A stretch of 20,000 nt of DNA. It comes from an uncultured virus (IMG/VR IMGVR_UViG_3300037067_020175). Its lineage: Duplodnaviria; Heunggongvirae; Uroviricota; Caudoviricetes. Every line of letters starts with the position of its first letter. The stretch's first letter is position 1. The stretch lies in IMG/VR virus record IMGVR_UViG_3300037067_020175. One strand, 5' to 3'. Shown here piece after piece: positions 6,775 through 13,732 of the stretch. A program made the translations under genes and the position numbers. The notes below the pieces were generated by a model. The model was not told the origin of the DNA. It did no database searches and saw only the letters and a program-made list of their open reading frames with translations.

Positions 6775-6822
6775 TGAACAATAAGTTCACTATTCGTGAA
6801 CAAGTTCACTATTCGTGAACAA
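6772..6822. repeat. 19-bp tandem duplication with alternating GTGAAC/GTTCAC inverted hexamers
   Basis: AAGTTCACTATTCGTGAAC at 6783-6801 and 6802-6820; inverted repeat TAGTGAAC-AATAA-GTTCACTA at 6772-6792. Confidence 0.85.
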
Positions 6823-7354
6823 ACATTTTTGATTCTCGTTGAAACTGTAAAAGTTCCCACTTGTTGGGTTTTAATCCTACAAGCTCTGGTCTGTTTATAG
6901 GGTTTAAACCCTTCCTAATGAGTTCCGTTGCATTTACAACAGCCGTGCACTTCTTACTCGAATGTGTGGTCTCGTAGAGTGGCAGCAGGTGTTTCGGGTC
7001 TACAACCTGAAAGTTTCCTATTCGTATGAACGGGATTTCCTCTATGAACAGGTCTAATAACACTTTCACCCGTTTCTTATCCCATTGAATGGTCTTGCCA
7101 TACCTGTAGAAGTTCGGAGTATTATACTTGGTGTAATACCGGTTGAACCCAGTCCCGCAAAGGATGTGGAAGAATTCTCTGGCTTTGCTTGGGATTATAA
7201 ATAAATCGACATCTGAATGGTCATGGTGACGTTTATCCTCGATGTGTGGTGGTGACATCATGTGCCACGCGAGCCCACCACTTACAACTACCGTATTGCC
7301 AAACCGTCTTACAGTGTCGATCTGTGCTAATAGTTTCTCTTGTTTCCATGTCAT
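6809..7354 (-). CDS. putative Pol-beta-superfamily nucleotidyltransferase
   Basis: VVVSGGLAW...HDHSDVDLF (hG[G/S]...DxD), with a third acidic residue in LLDLF; ATG 7354 preferred over GTG 7366. Confidence 0.65.
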   Translation of the reverse strand: MTWKQEKLLAQIDTVRRFGNTVVVSGGLAWHMMSPPHIEDKRHHDHSDVDLFIIPSKAREFFHILCGTGFNRYYTKYNTPNFYRYGKTIQWDKKRVKVLLDLFIEEIPFIRIGNFQVVDPKHLLPLYETTHSSKKCTAVVNATELIRKGLNPINRPELVGLKPNKWELLQFQRESKMFVHE

Positions 7355-7461
7355 TATTTTTAACACCTCTTTTGATATTACCTATTTGTAGTCTCTGTTT
7401 ATAAACTCTCGCAGATCTCTTTTTATACGAAGAATGCGAATAGACTATCAAGGAGATTTAA

Positions 7462-8202
7462 ATGGCATATATGTTAGGAAAAAACCCGGCTAAACGAGAC
7501 GCGCGCAATTTGCTCATGAAAAATATTCTCACGAAAATTGTGGTGCCAACTTCGTATAATTTCGATGCAAAACACAAAGGCATTCCAACACCAATGTTCG
7601 CAAATGACAAACATGGAGATTGTGTTATTGCAGGACGTGCGCACCAGACATTACGTTTCGAGCGTCTCGAACAGAAGAACACTATTAAAATCACCGATGA
7701 AGATGTTCTGAAAGAATGGCGGAGAGAGAACGGAAATACAGAAAACGGGTTATATGTCATCGAATCACTCAAACTGTGGAGAAAAAGAGGGTGGACTGTA
7801 AACAAAAAGAATTATAAGATCAAAGCTTTTGCACAGGTTAACCCTAAGGATAAAGAAGAAATTAAGAATGCAATTTATCTTAATGTGGGTATTGGTATTG
7901 GGATGTCGATGCCGGACTCTTGGGAAAAGGAATGGGAATCTGGAAAACCGTGGGCGGATACCAGTATGTACCCGGATCCATATAGTGGACATTATGTATA
8001 TATCGTTGGATACGATCCTGAGTATCTTACATGCATAACGTGGGGAAGAAAACAAAAAATGACGTGGGGGTTCTTCCAGAAATATGTAGACGAGTCTTAT
8101 GCAATAATCGATGCTCTAAATGCGAAGAAACTCAACGAAGAGAAAATCAACGAGTTCCTTGCAGATAAATCTCCTGTAGAATCCTTAATGCCGGATATCT
8201 GA
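7462..8202 (+). CDS. papain-like (C1-related) cysteine peptidase
   Basis: NDKHGDCVIAG (catalytic Cys), SGHYVYIVGYD (His), ITWG (position of the NSWG motif); GGAG RBS. Confidence 0.75.
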   Translation: MAYMLGKNPAKRDARNLLMKNILTKIVVPTSYNFDAKHKGIPTPMFANDKHGDCVIAGRAHQTLRFERLEQKNTIKITDEDVLKEWRRENGNTENGLYVIESLKLWRKRGWTVNKKNYKIKAFAQVNPKDKEEIKNAIYLNVGIGIGMSMPDSWEKEWESGKPWADTSMYPDPYSGHYVYIVGYDPEYLTCITWGRKQKMTWGFFQKYVDESYAIIDALNAKKLNEEKINEFLADKSPVESLMPDI

Positions 8203-8207
8203 TTACT

Positions 8208-8342
8208 ATGGATGAAAAATCATATGCGGGGATATTATTGGTTGCTGCTGGTGTAAGCGTATGGCTTGCATACAGTATGTTTAAAGAGTCAACAAAATAT
8301 CACAAGTGGAGCAACGATCCCGTTCTAAAAAGGAAGAAGTAG
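8208..8342 (+). CDS. 44-aa single-pass membrane protein (below the ORF-track cutoff)
   Basis: MDEKSYAGILLVAAGVSVWLAYSMFKESTKYHKWSNDPVLKRKK; starts 5 nt after the peptidase stop. Confidence 0.6.
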   Translation: MDEKSYAGILLVAAGVSVWLAYSMFKESTKYHKWSNDPVLKRKK

Positions 8343-8603
8343 TTAACTGAAGTATTCGTACTTCCCTTTTATCCCAACTTTTTTCAGGTAGTGATTTATA
8401 AACTTGGCTTTGTCAATTCCCTGAATTCTGTGACCATAATGCCAATGGTTGTAATCCTCTATCGCTTTGAATGACACAGCATACATTATAGCTTCATCTC
8501 CAAGAGATAGAGGTTCCTTTGTAAAAACAGCTCCCTCTACTCCGTATATTTCCTCTTTTATAAGGTATGCGAAATCTCCACCTGTTGTTTTAATGTATGA
8601 CAT
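8343..8603 (-). CDS. hypothetical protein
   Basis: ORF with TTTATATA (8627-8634) about 24 nt upstream of ATG 8603. Confidence 0.6.
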   Translation of the reverse strand: MSYIKTTGGDFAYLIKEEIYGVEGAVFTKEPLSLGDEAIMYAVSFKAIEDYNHWHYGHRIQGIDKAKFINHYLKKVGIKGKYEYFS

Positions 8604-8648
8604 GATTATCACTATCTAATGATAACTATATAAATGTATCAGTGATAA

Positions 8649-8740
8649 CGCTACCGGCAGGAGTCGAACCTGCCTTAAACATGGTTTCTGCGAGATTAAC
8701 TCGTAACAGCCATGCACCTCACCACGTCGGTCTCAGTAGC
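8649..8740 (-). tRNA. trnN: tRNA-Asn(GTT) with an 18-nt BHB intron (8686..8703)
   Basis: Acceptor GCTACTG/CGGTAGC, G73; BHB central helix CTGT/GCAG, bulges TA|C and AA|A, GAG/CTC helix. Confidence 0.9.
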
Positions 8741-8743
8741 ATA

Positions 8744-8826
8744 TCGGTGATGCGGGATTTGAACCTGCGAAGTCCTACGACACTGGATCTTGAATCCAGC
8801 CCATTTGACCACTCTGGAAATCACCG
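8744..8826 (-). tRNA. trnL: tRNA-Leu(CAA)
   Basis: Acceptor CGGTGAT/ATCACCG, anticodon arm CTGGA-TTCAAGA-TCCAG, variable arm GTC-GTAG-GAC, A73. Confidence 0.92.
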
Positions 8827-8828
8827 GA

Positions 8829-8911
8829 TTGGTGTAGCCGGATTTGAACCGACGTAGCCCTGCGACACTTGCTTCTAAGGCAAGCGGGATTGACCTCTCC
8901 CCCATACACCA
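8829..8911 (-). tRNA. trnL: tRNA-Leu(TAG)
   Basis: Acceptor TGGTGTA/TACACCA, anticodon arm CTTGC-CTTAGAA-GCAAG, long variable arm, A73. Confidence 0.9.
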
Positions 8912-8928
8912 TCTATTTTCCCACTCGC

Positions 8929-8966
8929 GTACACCAAACTATACCCCGGTGTATAGTTTGGTGTAC
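8929..8966. repeat. perfect 16-bp inverted repeat between tRNA-Leu genes
   Basis: GTACACCAAACTATAC-CCCGGT-GTATAGTTTGGTGTAC. Confidence 0.9.
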
Positions 8967-8977
8967 CGGATGGGGAA

Positions 8978-9059
8978 TGCGTCCGACAGGACTCGAACCT
9001 GCACCGTTTCCTTGTGCCTGACTTTAAATCAGGTGTGTTCGCCGTTTCACCACGGACGC
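8978..9059 (-). tRNA. trnL: tRNA-Leu(TAA)
   Basis: Acceptor GCGTCCG/CGGACGC, anticodon arm CCTGA-TTTAAAG-TCAGG, long but weakly paired variable region, A73. Confidence 0.88.
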
Positions 9060-9062
9060 ATA

Positions 9063-9166
9063 CGGTCAGGACAGGAATTGAACCTGCAACGTCTTGCAAC
9101 GCGACAGTTTTCTTGTGGATTACTCCATTTCAAGACTGCTTAGCGCACCACACTGCCCACCTGACC
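9063..9166 (-). tRNA. trnS: tRNA-Ser(TGA) with a 19-nt BHB intron (9110..9128)
   Basis: Acceptor GGTCAGG/CCTGACC, G73; perfect BHB with CTTG/CAAG helix, AAA bulges and TGGA-GTAA-TCCA; long variable arm. Confidence 0.92.
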
Positions 9167-9188
9167 TCTCTCTGATTCCCTTTCGGGA

Positions 9189-9269
9189 AGGGCATGGTAA
9201 GATTCGAACTTACGATGGTTTCCCAACAGATCTGCAATCTGTCGCCTTTAGCCGCTCAGCCACATGCCC
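9189..9269 (-). tRNA. trnC: tRNA-Cys(GCA) with a long variable arm
   Basis: Acceptor GGGCATG/CATGCCC, U73, anticodon arm ACAGA-TTGCAGA-TCTGT, variable arm TGG-GAAA-CCA. Confidence 0.88.
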
Positions 9270-9305
9270 ATTTCTTCTTGTTTGTCCCACGTTTGCACGG
9301 GGATA

Positions 9306-9391
9306 CGCCCTGAGGGAGATTCGAACTCGCCATGATCCTTCCGAATCGCAACCTTAGCAAGATTGTGCCTTACCGTTGAGGCTATCAGGGC
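9306..9391 (-). tRNA. trnS: tRNA-Ser(GCT)
   Basis: Acceptor GCCCTGA/TCAGGGC, G73, anticodon arm CAATC-TTGCTAA-GGTTG, long variable arm. Confidence 0.9.
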
Positions 9392-9525
9392 AAAAATATC
9401 GTTACAGTGCTCAACAATTATTGAGGAGCAAACTGGACAGTAAATTACACGAGAGACTATTGAGAATTGATATTGTTGACTGCTCGTCGCGTATCTGTTC
9501 CATAATTACATGTGGAACTCTAAAG

Positions 9526-9540
9526 AATATAAATGTTTCT
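9526..9540 (-). promoter_or_regulatory. BRE-TATA (AGAAAC-A-TTTATATT) for tRNA cluster 2
   Basis: Archaeal promoter-like motif upstream of the cluster, leaving a leader of about 110 nt. Confidence 0.55.
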
Positions 9541-9551
9541 AAAAAAGAAGA

Positions 9552-9884
9552 TTATAGAACGTTTGCATCGGTTGCTGTGGTGACAGCCTGATTATTCCGT
9601 GTTATGAGATATGCAATGACTCCTATTGCGGCAAAAGCAACCCCGACCACAACAAGCGAGTTCACTCCGGCTGATCCGTAGTCATTATTGATCCAGTCTT
9701 CTTCCATAGGTTCTACTGGATAATGTCTTGGAATCATTCTATGTGTTGTTCCTACAAGCGACGTGAAATCTCCAGTTGGGATTGGGTGTGTTCTCGATTT
9801 TGGAACAACTCTGTATGGGTATTCCACGGCTGGTCTCGAATGCGACCCCCACACTTTTGTTCTTTCTCTGGTGCTTACCGACAT
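9552..9884 (-). CDS. hypothetical protein with a C-terminal transmembrane helix
   Basis: Hydrophobic stretch LVVVGVAFAAIGVIAYLI; TTTATAAA at 9910-9917. Confidence 0.65.
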   Translation of the reverse strand: MSVSTRERTKVWGSHSRPAVEYPYRVVPKSRTHPIPTGDFTSLVGTTHRMIPRHYPVEPMEEDWINNDYGSAGVNSLVVVGVAFAAIGVIAYLITRNNQAVTTATDANVL

Positions 9885-9987
9885 GATATAGAGTCTATAG
9901 CATTATGGGTTTATAAATATTTGCATATTTGTGGCTCAGTAACTTTTAAATATACGCACACACTATGTAAATGCGGTGGAAACACAC

Positions 9988-10419
9988 ATGGATATACTTG
10001 CTTTCATAGCGAACAACAGTGAAATGTTACTTATGTCTCTGTCTGTAGTGCTTGCATTTATTGCACGGTACTTCCAGCAGGAGTCTAAAGTATTGTATGA
10101 CGCAGGACAGGCATTGATTGCTCTTGAGCAGGAAATCCTGAACAGTGTTAAAGACGGGATCGTAACACAGGATGAACTCGATACTCTGATCATAAAGATT
10201 CAGGTAGCGGAAAAAGCTTTACAGGATGCGTTAGCTATATTCGTAAAACCAGCATCGGTTGTGCAAACATCTGGTCAAAAGATAGCAATGCTCTTCGGTG
10301 TATCAGACGTTCAGGCTAAGACCAACGTAATAAAAGAGCAGATTGTTACTTTAAAGGCGCAGCGTACTGAAAAGCTGGCGCGCATGCAGAGACGGATATC
10401 CCAGCAGAAAACCCCATAA
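9988..10419 (+). CDS. membrane protein (N-terminal TM plus helical domain), holin-like topology
   Basis: MLLMSLSVVLAFIARYF TM segment; GGTGG RBS and TTTAAATA (9945-9952) upstream. Confidence 0.7.
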   Translation: MDILAFIANNSEMLLMSLSVVLAFIARYFQQESKVLYDAGQALIALEQEILNSVKDGIVTQDELDTLIIKIQVAEKALQDALAIFVKPASVVQTSGQKIAMLFGVSDVQAKTNVIKEQIVTLKAQRTEKLARMQRRISQQKTP

Positions 10420-10451
10420 CGTATCATCAGTGATGCGATGGTGATTGTATT

Positions 10452-10754
10452 ATGGCAGAATCTACATACCAATTTTTTACCGACGAGGATTTTAAAAAGA
10501 TCCTGAACACACAGGGTGATATCCAAAAGGATGTAGCTGTAGCTGCCAACAATCTTAACTGGATTATAGAAAATTATAAGAACCAGTGTAAAGAAATGGA
10601 ACAATTGCGAACAGAGGTAGATAATCTCAAGACCAAGTATAATGATTTAAAGGCAGAAGTGTGGAAGTATGTGGGTGTGGGTGCCGGTGCTGTCACCGCG
10701 ATATACCTGTTCATAGCAGTGTTCCAATTCTTCAGGTCTGGGCTTGGTGCATAA
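10452..10754 (+). CDS. coiled-coil protein with a C-terminal TM helix
   Basis: Heptad pattern MEQLRTEVDNLKTKYNDLKAEV followed by a hydrophobic helix; GGTGA RBS. Confidence 0.75.
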   Translation: MAESTYQFFTDEDFKKILNTQGDIQKDVAVAANNLNWIIENYKNQCKEMEQLRTEVDNLKTKYNDLKAEVWKYVGVGAGAVTAIYLFIAVFQFFRSGLGA

Positions 10755-10774
10755 AAGTGTGGTGTAACGGTGCA

Positions 10775-11020
10775 ATGACAAGAAGTAGCATAAAAATGTC
10801 AGAGGAGTGTATAAAAAAAATGCAACCCTGTATGAATATGCGCGACGATTTGATTTCTATTGCTGTAGAAAAATCTAACGACGCGTATACATCTTCCGAG
10901 ATCATTGTTAATTCCACGGTGCAACTTGCGCAGATGACAACAAGCATCAGAGAATTATCGGTATTGTTCAGAAAAATGGTGGAAACACAACGCACAGTAC
11001 CTCCATGCGTGGACGTGTAG
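10775..11020 (+). CDS. hypothetical helical protein (start 10775 or 10796)
   Basis: Co-directional ORF filling the operon gap; stop lies 1 nt before the next ATG. Confidence 0.6.
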   Translation: MTRSSIKMSEECIKKMQPCMNMRDDLISIAVEKSNDAYTSSEIIVNSTVQLAQMTTSIRELSVLFRKMVETQRTVPPCVDV

Positions 11021-11021
11021 T

Positions 11022-11258
11022 ATGCCATTAAGATGTGGTAAAAATAATATCAGTAAGAACATTGCAAGACTTCGTAGAGAAGGGTATCCACAAAAACAAA
11101 GTATTGCAATTGCATTATCACATCAGCGCAGATGCTCTACTCGTGGGTTCAAGAAATGCGTCGTGTCGAATATGAGCCGCTCGAAGGCGAATACTCCGAA
11201 ATTGGCTCGTAAAGCTTTTTCAGTAGCTATAAAAAAGTGTAAGAAATTGCACTCGTGA
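11022..11258 (+). CDS. small basic protein, paralog 1 (phage-type ...QKQSIAIALS N-domain plus C-x26-C module)
   Basis: FKKC-x11-TPK-LARKAF-SVAIKK-C. Confidence 0.8.
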   Translation: MPLRCGKNNISKNIARLRREGYPQKQSIAIALSHQRRCSTRGFKKCVVSNMSRSKANTPKLARKAFSVAIKKCKKLHS

Positions 11259-11280
11259 TAGAAACAATCAAACTCTTTTT

Positions 11281-11296
11281 GAAACAGATTTATATA
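11281..11296 (+). promoter_or_regulatory. BRE-TATA (GAAACAGA-TTTATATA) for basic proteins 2-4
   Basis: Consensus-like TATA box; AGGAGA RBS at 11334-11339. Confidence 0.6.
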
Positions 11297-11345
11297 CCTT
11301 TCCGACTGATACAAGTATCGGTGTTCTCACCACAGGAGAAATATT

Positions 11346-11606
11346 ATGGTAAAGAGACGTAAGACCTCAACAAAGCGACGTGTCGTAAAGGGTACACGTG
11401 GCTACAAGAAATGTATCGTAAACACGATCAGACGCATCAAGTTCACTACACCTAAGGCAGCACGCAAGGCGTTTACACGCGCTGCAAAGATCTGCCGGAA
11501 GAAACTTGCTGGAAAGGCAACGCCAAAGAAGACTGGAAAGCGCCGGTGCAAGTACGGGAAGATCAAGGGCGGAAAGCGCTGCCGGAAGACTCCGCGCCGA
11601 AGATAA
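11346..11606 (+). CDS. small Lys/Arg-rich protein, paralog 2
   Basis: YKKC-x11-TPK-AARKAF-TRAAKI-C; no acidic residues; TPKK and TPRR motifs. Confidence 0.85.
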   Translation: MVKRRKTSTKRRVVKGTRGYKKCIVNTIRRIKFTTPKAARKAFTRAAKICRKKLAGKATPKKTGKRRCKYGKIKGGKRCRKTPRRR

Positions 11607-11626
11607 TTTCACGGGAGTGAAATTAC

Positions 11627-11896
11627 ATGGTACGGAAAAGCGGTAAGCGCAAAACCCCACGAAGATCCTGCTCTCTAAAAGGATCGAAGACGAAATACAA
11701 AAAGTGTCTCGTTGCAGCAGTCAAGAGAGCGAAGATCTCGACACCAAAGTCTGCACAGCGTGCATTCAGGGCAGCAGTAAAGAAATGCCGTCCGATTTTG
11801 AGTGGAAAGCCCCCAGCAAAGCGACGCGGTGGTAAGAAGAAGAAATCTTCACGTCGCCGCTCAAAACGCAGTATGCTCGGTGGAATAATCGGATAA
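11627..11896 (+). CDS. small Lys/Arg-rich protein, paralog 3
   Basis: YKKC-x11-TPK-SAQRAF-RAAVKK-C; no acidic residues; GGGAGTGA RBS. Confidence 0.85.
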   Translation: MVRKSGKRKTPRRSCSLKGSKTKYKKCLVAAVKRAKISTPKSAQRAFRAAVKKCRPILSGKPPAKRRGGKKKKSSRRRSKRSMLGGIIG

Positions 11897-11908
11897 TCGG
11901 TGTAGATC

Positions 11909-12157
11909 ATGGTTAAGAAACCACGCGTGTCTACGAGAAAATACAAGAAATGTATTCTCTCAACCATACGCGGTACAAAGATCAAAACACCGAAATCTGC
12001 ACAGCAAGCTTTCTTCAAGGCTGCACGAAAGTGTAAGCACTTCCTCGGACTTGAGGTAAAACCCAAGAAGAAGAAGAGCAAGAGGAAACCCCGCAGTGTG
12101 ATTGCACGCAGTGCGATTGCGCGAAGGATGAGACCCAATATAATAGATTGGGTTTAA
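11909..12157 (+). CDS. small Lys/Arg-rich protein, paralog 4
   Basis: YKKC-x11-TPK-SAQQAF-FKAARK-C; followed by a T-tract. Confidence 0.85.
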   Translation: MVKKPRVSTRKYKKCILSTIRGTKIKTPKSAQQAFFKAARKCKHFLGLEVKPKKKKSKRKPRSVIARSAIARRMRPNIIDWV

Positions 12158-12170
12158 TTTTTTTTGTTTT
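12158..12170 (+). terminator. oligo-T archaeal terminator candidate
   Basis: TTTTTTTTGTTTT directly after the last plus-strand gene. Confidence 0.5.
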
Positions 12171-12171
12171 C

Positions 12172-12537
12172 CTAACAGTTTTCGAGATCTTCTTCGTAGT
12201 TGTTTCTTTTATTTACTATATAGTTGTCGTATCTTACTTTCACGTCGTGGAATATCATGTAAAGTATAAGGAGTATAACAAATGCGCCAAAGATTGTCCG
12301 AGCCATTTCAGATGTGATTACAATGGTGTATGTATTCCCCAATTGCGGGTATTTTGATACAATATACTCTGTAGCACACTCCCCCACATATACCAATCCC
12401 ATCATTCCTATAAACAGGGCTGATGATATCACAATAAATTTTGAAACTCTAACTAATCCACCACCAGTGCCTTTCAGTGCACATTTGAGAGCTTTCTGGT
12501 CAATCATAGAGATTCTCAGCGCATCCTTCTGGAACAT
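12172..12537 (-). CDS. membrane protein with two TM helices
   Basis: Two hydrophobic segments; last gene of the minus-strand operon; start may be downstream (MIDQ). Confidence 0.65.
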   Translation of the reverse strand: MFQKDALRISMIDQKALKCALKGTGGGLVRVSKFIVISSALFIGMMGLVYVGECATEYIVSKYPQLGNTYTIVITSEMARTIFGAFVILLILYMIFHDVKVRYDNYIVNKRNNYEEDLENC

Positions 12538-13123
12538 GTGGCATTTCCGGCTCGTAATCCCACATCACTTGGTTTATAATACCAACCGTTCTGATGTGTT
12601 TTTCGATATCTGTGAGAGAATCGAACAGGAACTCGTTTTCAACTATCTTACGATTCCACGGACGTTTAAGACCAAGCGCACATTTCCCGTGGTTTTGTGC
12701 CGCGAGAATGGTCTCTCCCTTATCATCGATGACAAAATCAACCCGTGGGTTCTTGAACAGGACTTCTTTATTTCTGGTCACAATCACTTCATCGTGAACG
12801 AGGTTGTTTGTTTTCAACCATTCTACAAGTTCTGGCTTCAGATGATTGTCACGGTGTGATGCGATTATCACGTAGTGTCGTTCCTTCATGAATTTTAAGA
12901 ATTTCTCCGCATCCGGGAATGGTCTGTAGCTACACTGTGTGGAATGGATCTCATTGAATAGTGGCATCACCTTCTCGCGTGGTTCATACCTGTAGAGAGA
13001 GTCCCAGTGGTCACATTCGTTTGTTGGTGGGAGCTTGATTCCCTTGTCGCGCGCAAGCGCGTGCAATGTGGTATTAAAACCCCAAAGGGTTTCATCCACG
13101 TCTACGATTGCAATAGGCTTCAT
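12500..13123 (-). CDS. HAD-superfamily 5'(3')-deoxyribonucleotidase-like protein (NT5C)
   Basis: IVDVDETL (DxD motif I), IASHR (motif II), K...DFVIDD (motifs III/IV); ATGA overlap with the upstream gene. Confidence 0.85.
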   Translation of the reverse strand: MKPIAIVDVDETLWGFNTTLHALARDKGIKLPPTNECDHWDSLYRYEPREKVMPLFNEIHSTQCSYRPFPDAEKFLKFMKERHYVIIASHRDNHLKPELVEWLKTNNLVHDEVIVTRNKEVLFKNPRVDFVIDDKGETILAAQNHGKCALGLKRPWNRKIVENEFLFDSLTDIEKHIRTVGIINQVMWDYEPEMPHVPEGCAENLYD

Positions 13124-13437
13124 GTTTCTTTCGTCTCGGTCTCGTCTTTGCGTCGCTGGATAGCTTTGTCGCATTCCTTTTGCCCGTTCTCATCGAATAC
13201 CGATGCATCGGAAATTCCCATCATGTAGAATCCGATGTTTGCCTTTGGCATGTTCATCCTACCGGGTGCAAATACGTCAGGGACTGCAACCGGTATGCGG
13301 TACATTGGCTTTCTATCAGACGGGGCATATGCCGCACCGTCGCGTGACGATGATAACAGGAAGAACTGGTATCCGTGCTTCTCTACCATTGCGTCGATTT
13401 CCTTTTTCAATATCTCTGGTGTGTAAATATACAACAT
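13120..13437 (-). CDS. hypothetical protein
   Basis: Tightly packed operon member. Confidence 0.65.
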   Translation of the reverse strand: MLYIYTPEILKKEIDAMVEKHGYQFFLLSSSRDGAAYAPSDRKPMYRIPVAVPDVFAPGRMNMPKANIGFYMMGISDASVFDENGQKECDKAIQRRKDETETKET

Positions 13438-13438
13438 T

Positions 13439-13732
13439 TCAATTCCCCTTTATTGCAGTGCGCGCGAGCGCGTCTTTCTCTTTATACAGTCGTTCGAGGA
13501 CGAACACTGCATAGTTCACAGCGTCTGTGTATTCGTCGATCTTCTTATCGAGGTTCAGGCTTTGCATCCCGCGCACCGACTTGAGATACACGAGGTGTTC
13601 AAGCGTTTCGATAGGAACGATATCTTTTGGTTCCTGCTTATACATCAGTCCACGCTGCTCTTTTACCTTGAAGATATCATCCATTATCTTCTTGTAAGCG
13701 TCTGTTATTGTTGTTCTTTCTTCCATGTTCAC
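13439..13732 (-). CDS. small all-alpha protein, DUF1599/MazG-like nucleotide-modification-associated
   Basis: K..RG..Y near the N-terminus; C-terminal IDEYTDAVNYAVF. Confidence 0.55.
   Translation of the reverse strand: MNMEERTTITDAYKKIMDDIFKVKEQRGLMYKQEPKDIVPIETLEHLVYLKSVRGMQSLNLDKKIDEYTDAVNYAVFVLERLYKEKDALARTAIKGN

Noticed and set aside
6772..6822. Mini CRISPR array
   Set aside because: The repeats abut directly, with no unique spacers and no cas genes.
9063..9166. Suppressor, Sec or Pyl tRNA, or stop-codon recoding (also Leu TAG and TAA)
   Set aside because: TGA, TAG and TAA here are anticodons reading UCA, CUA and UUA. There is no CTA, TTA or TCA anticodon, and ORFs end normally at all three stop codons.
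9395..9500. Leader of tRNA cluster 2 as an additional ncRNA
   Set aside because: Only two imperfect AT-rich hairpins; too weak to call by eye.
11367..12138. Minus-strand ORFs of 97 and 171 aa opposite the basic proteins
   Set aside because: Antisense shadows; the plus-strand ORFs have RBSs, a promoter and a conserved paralogous motif.
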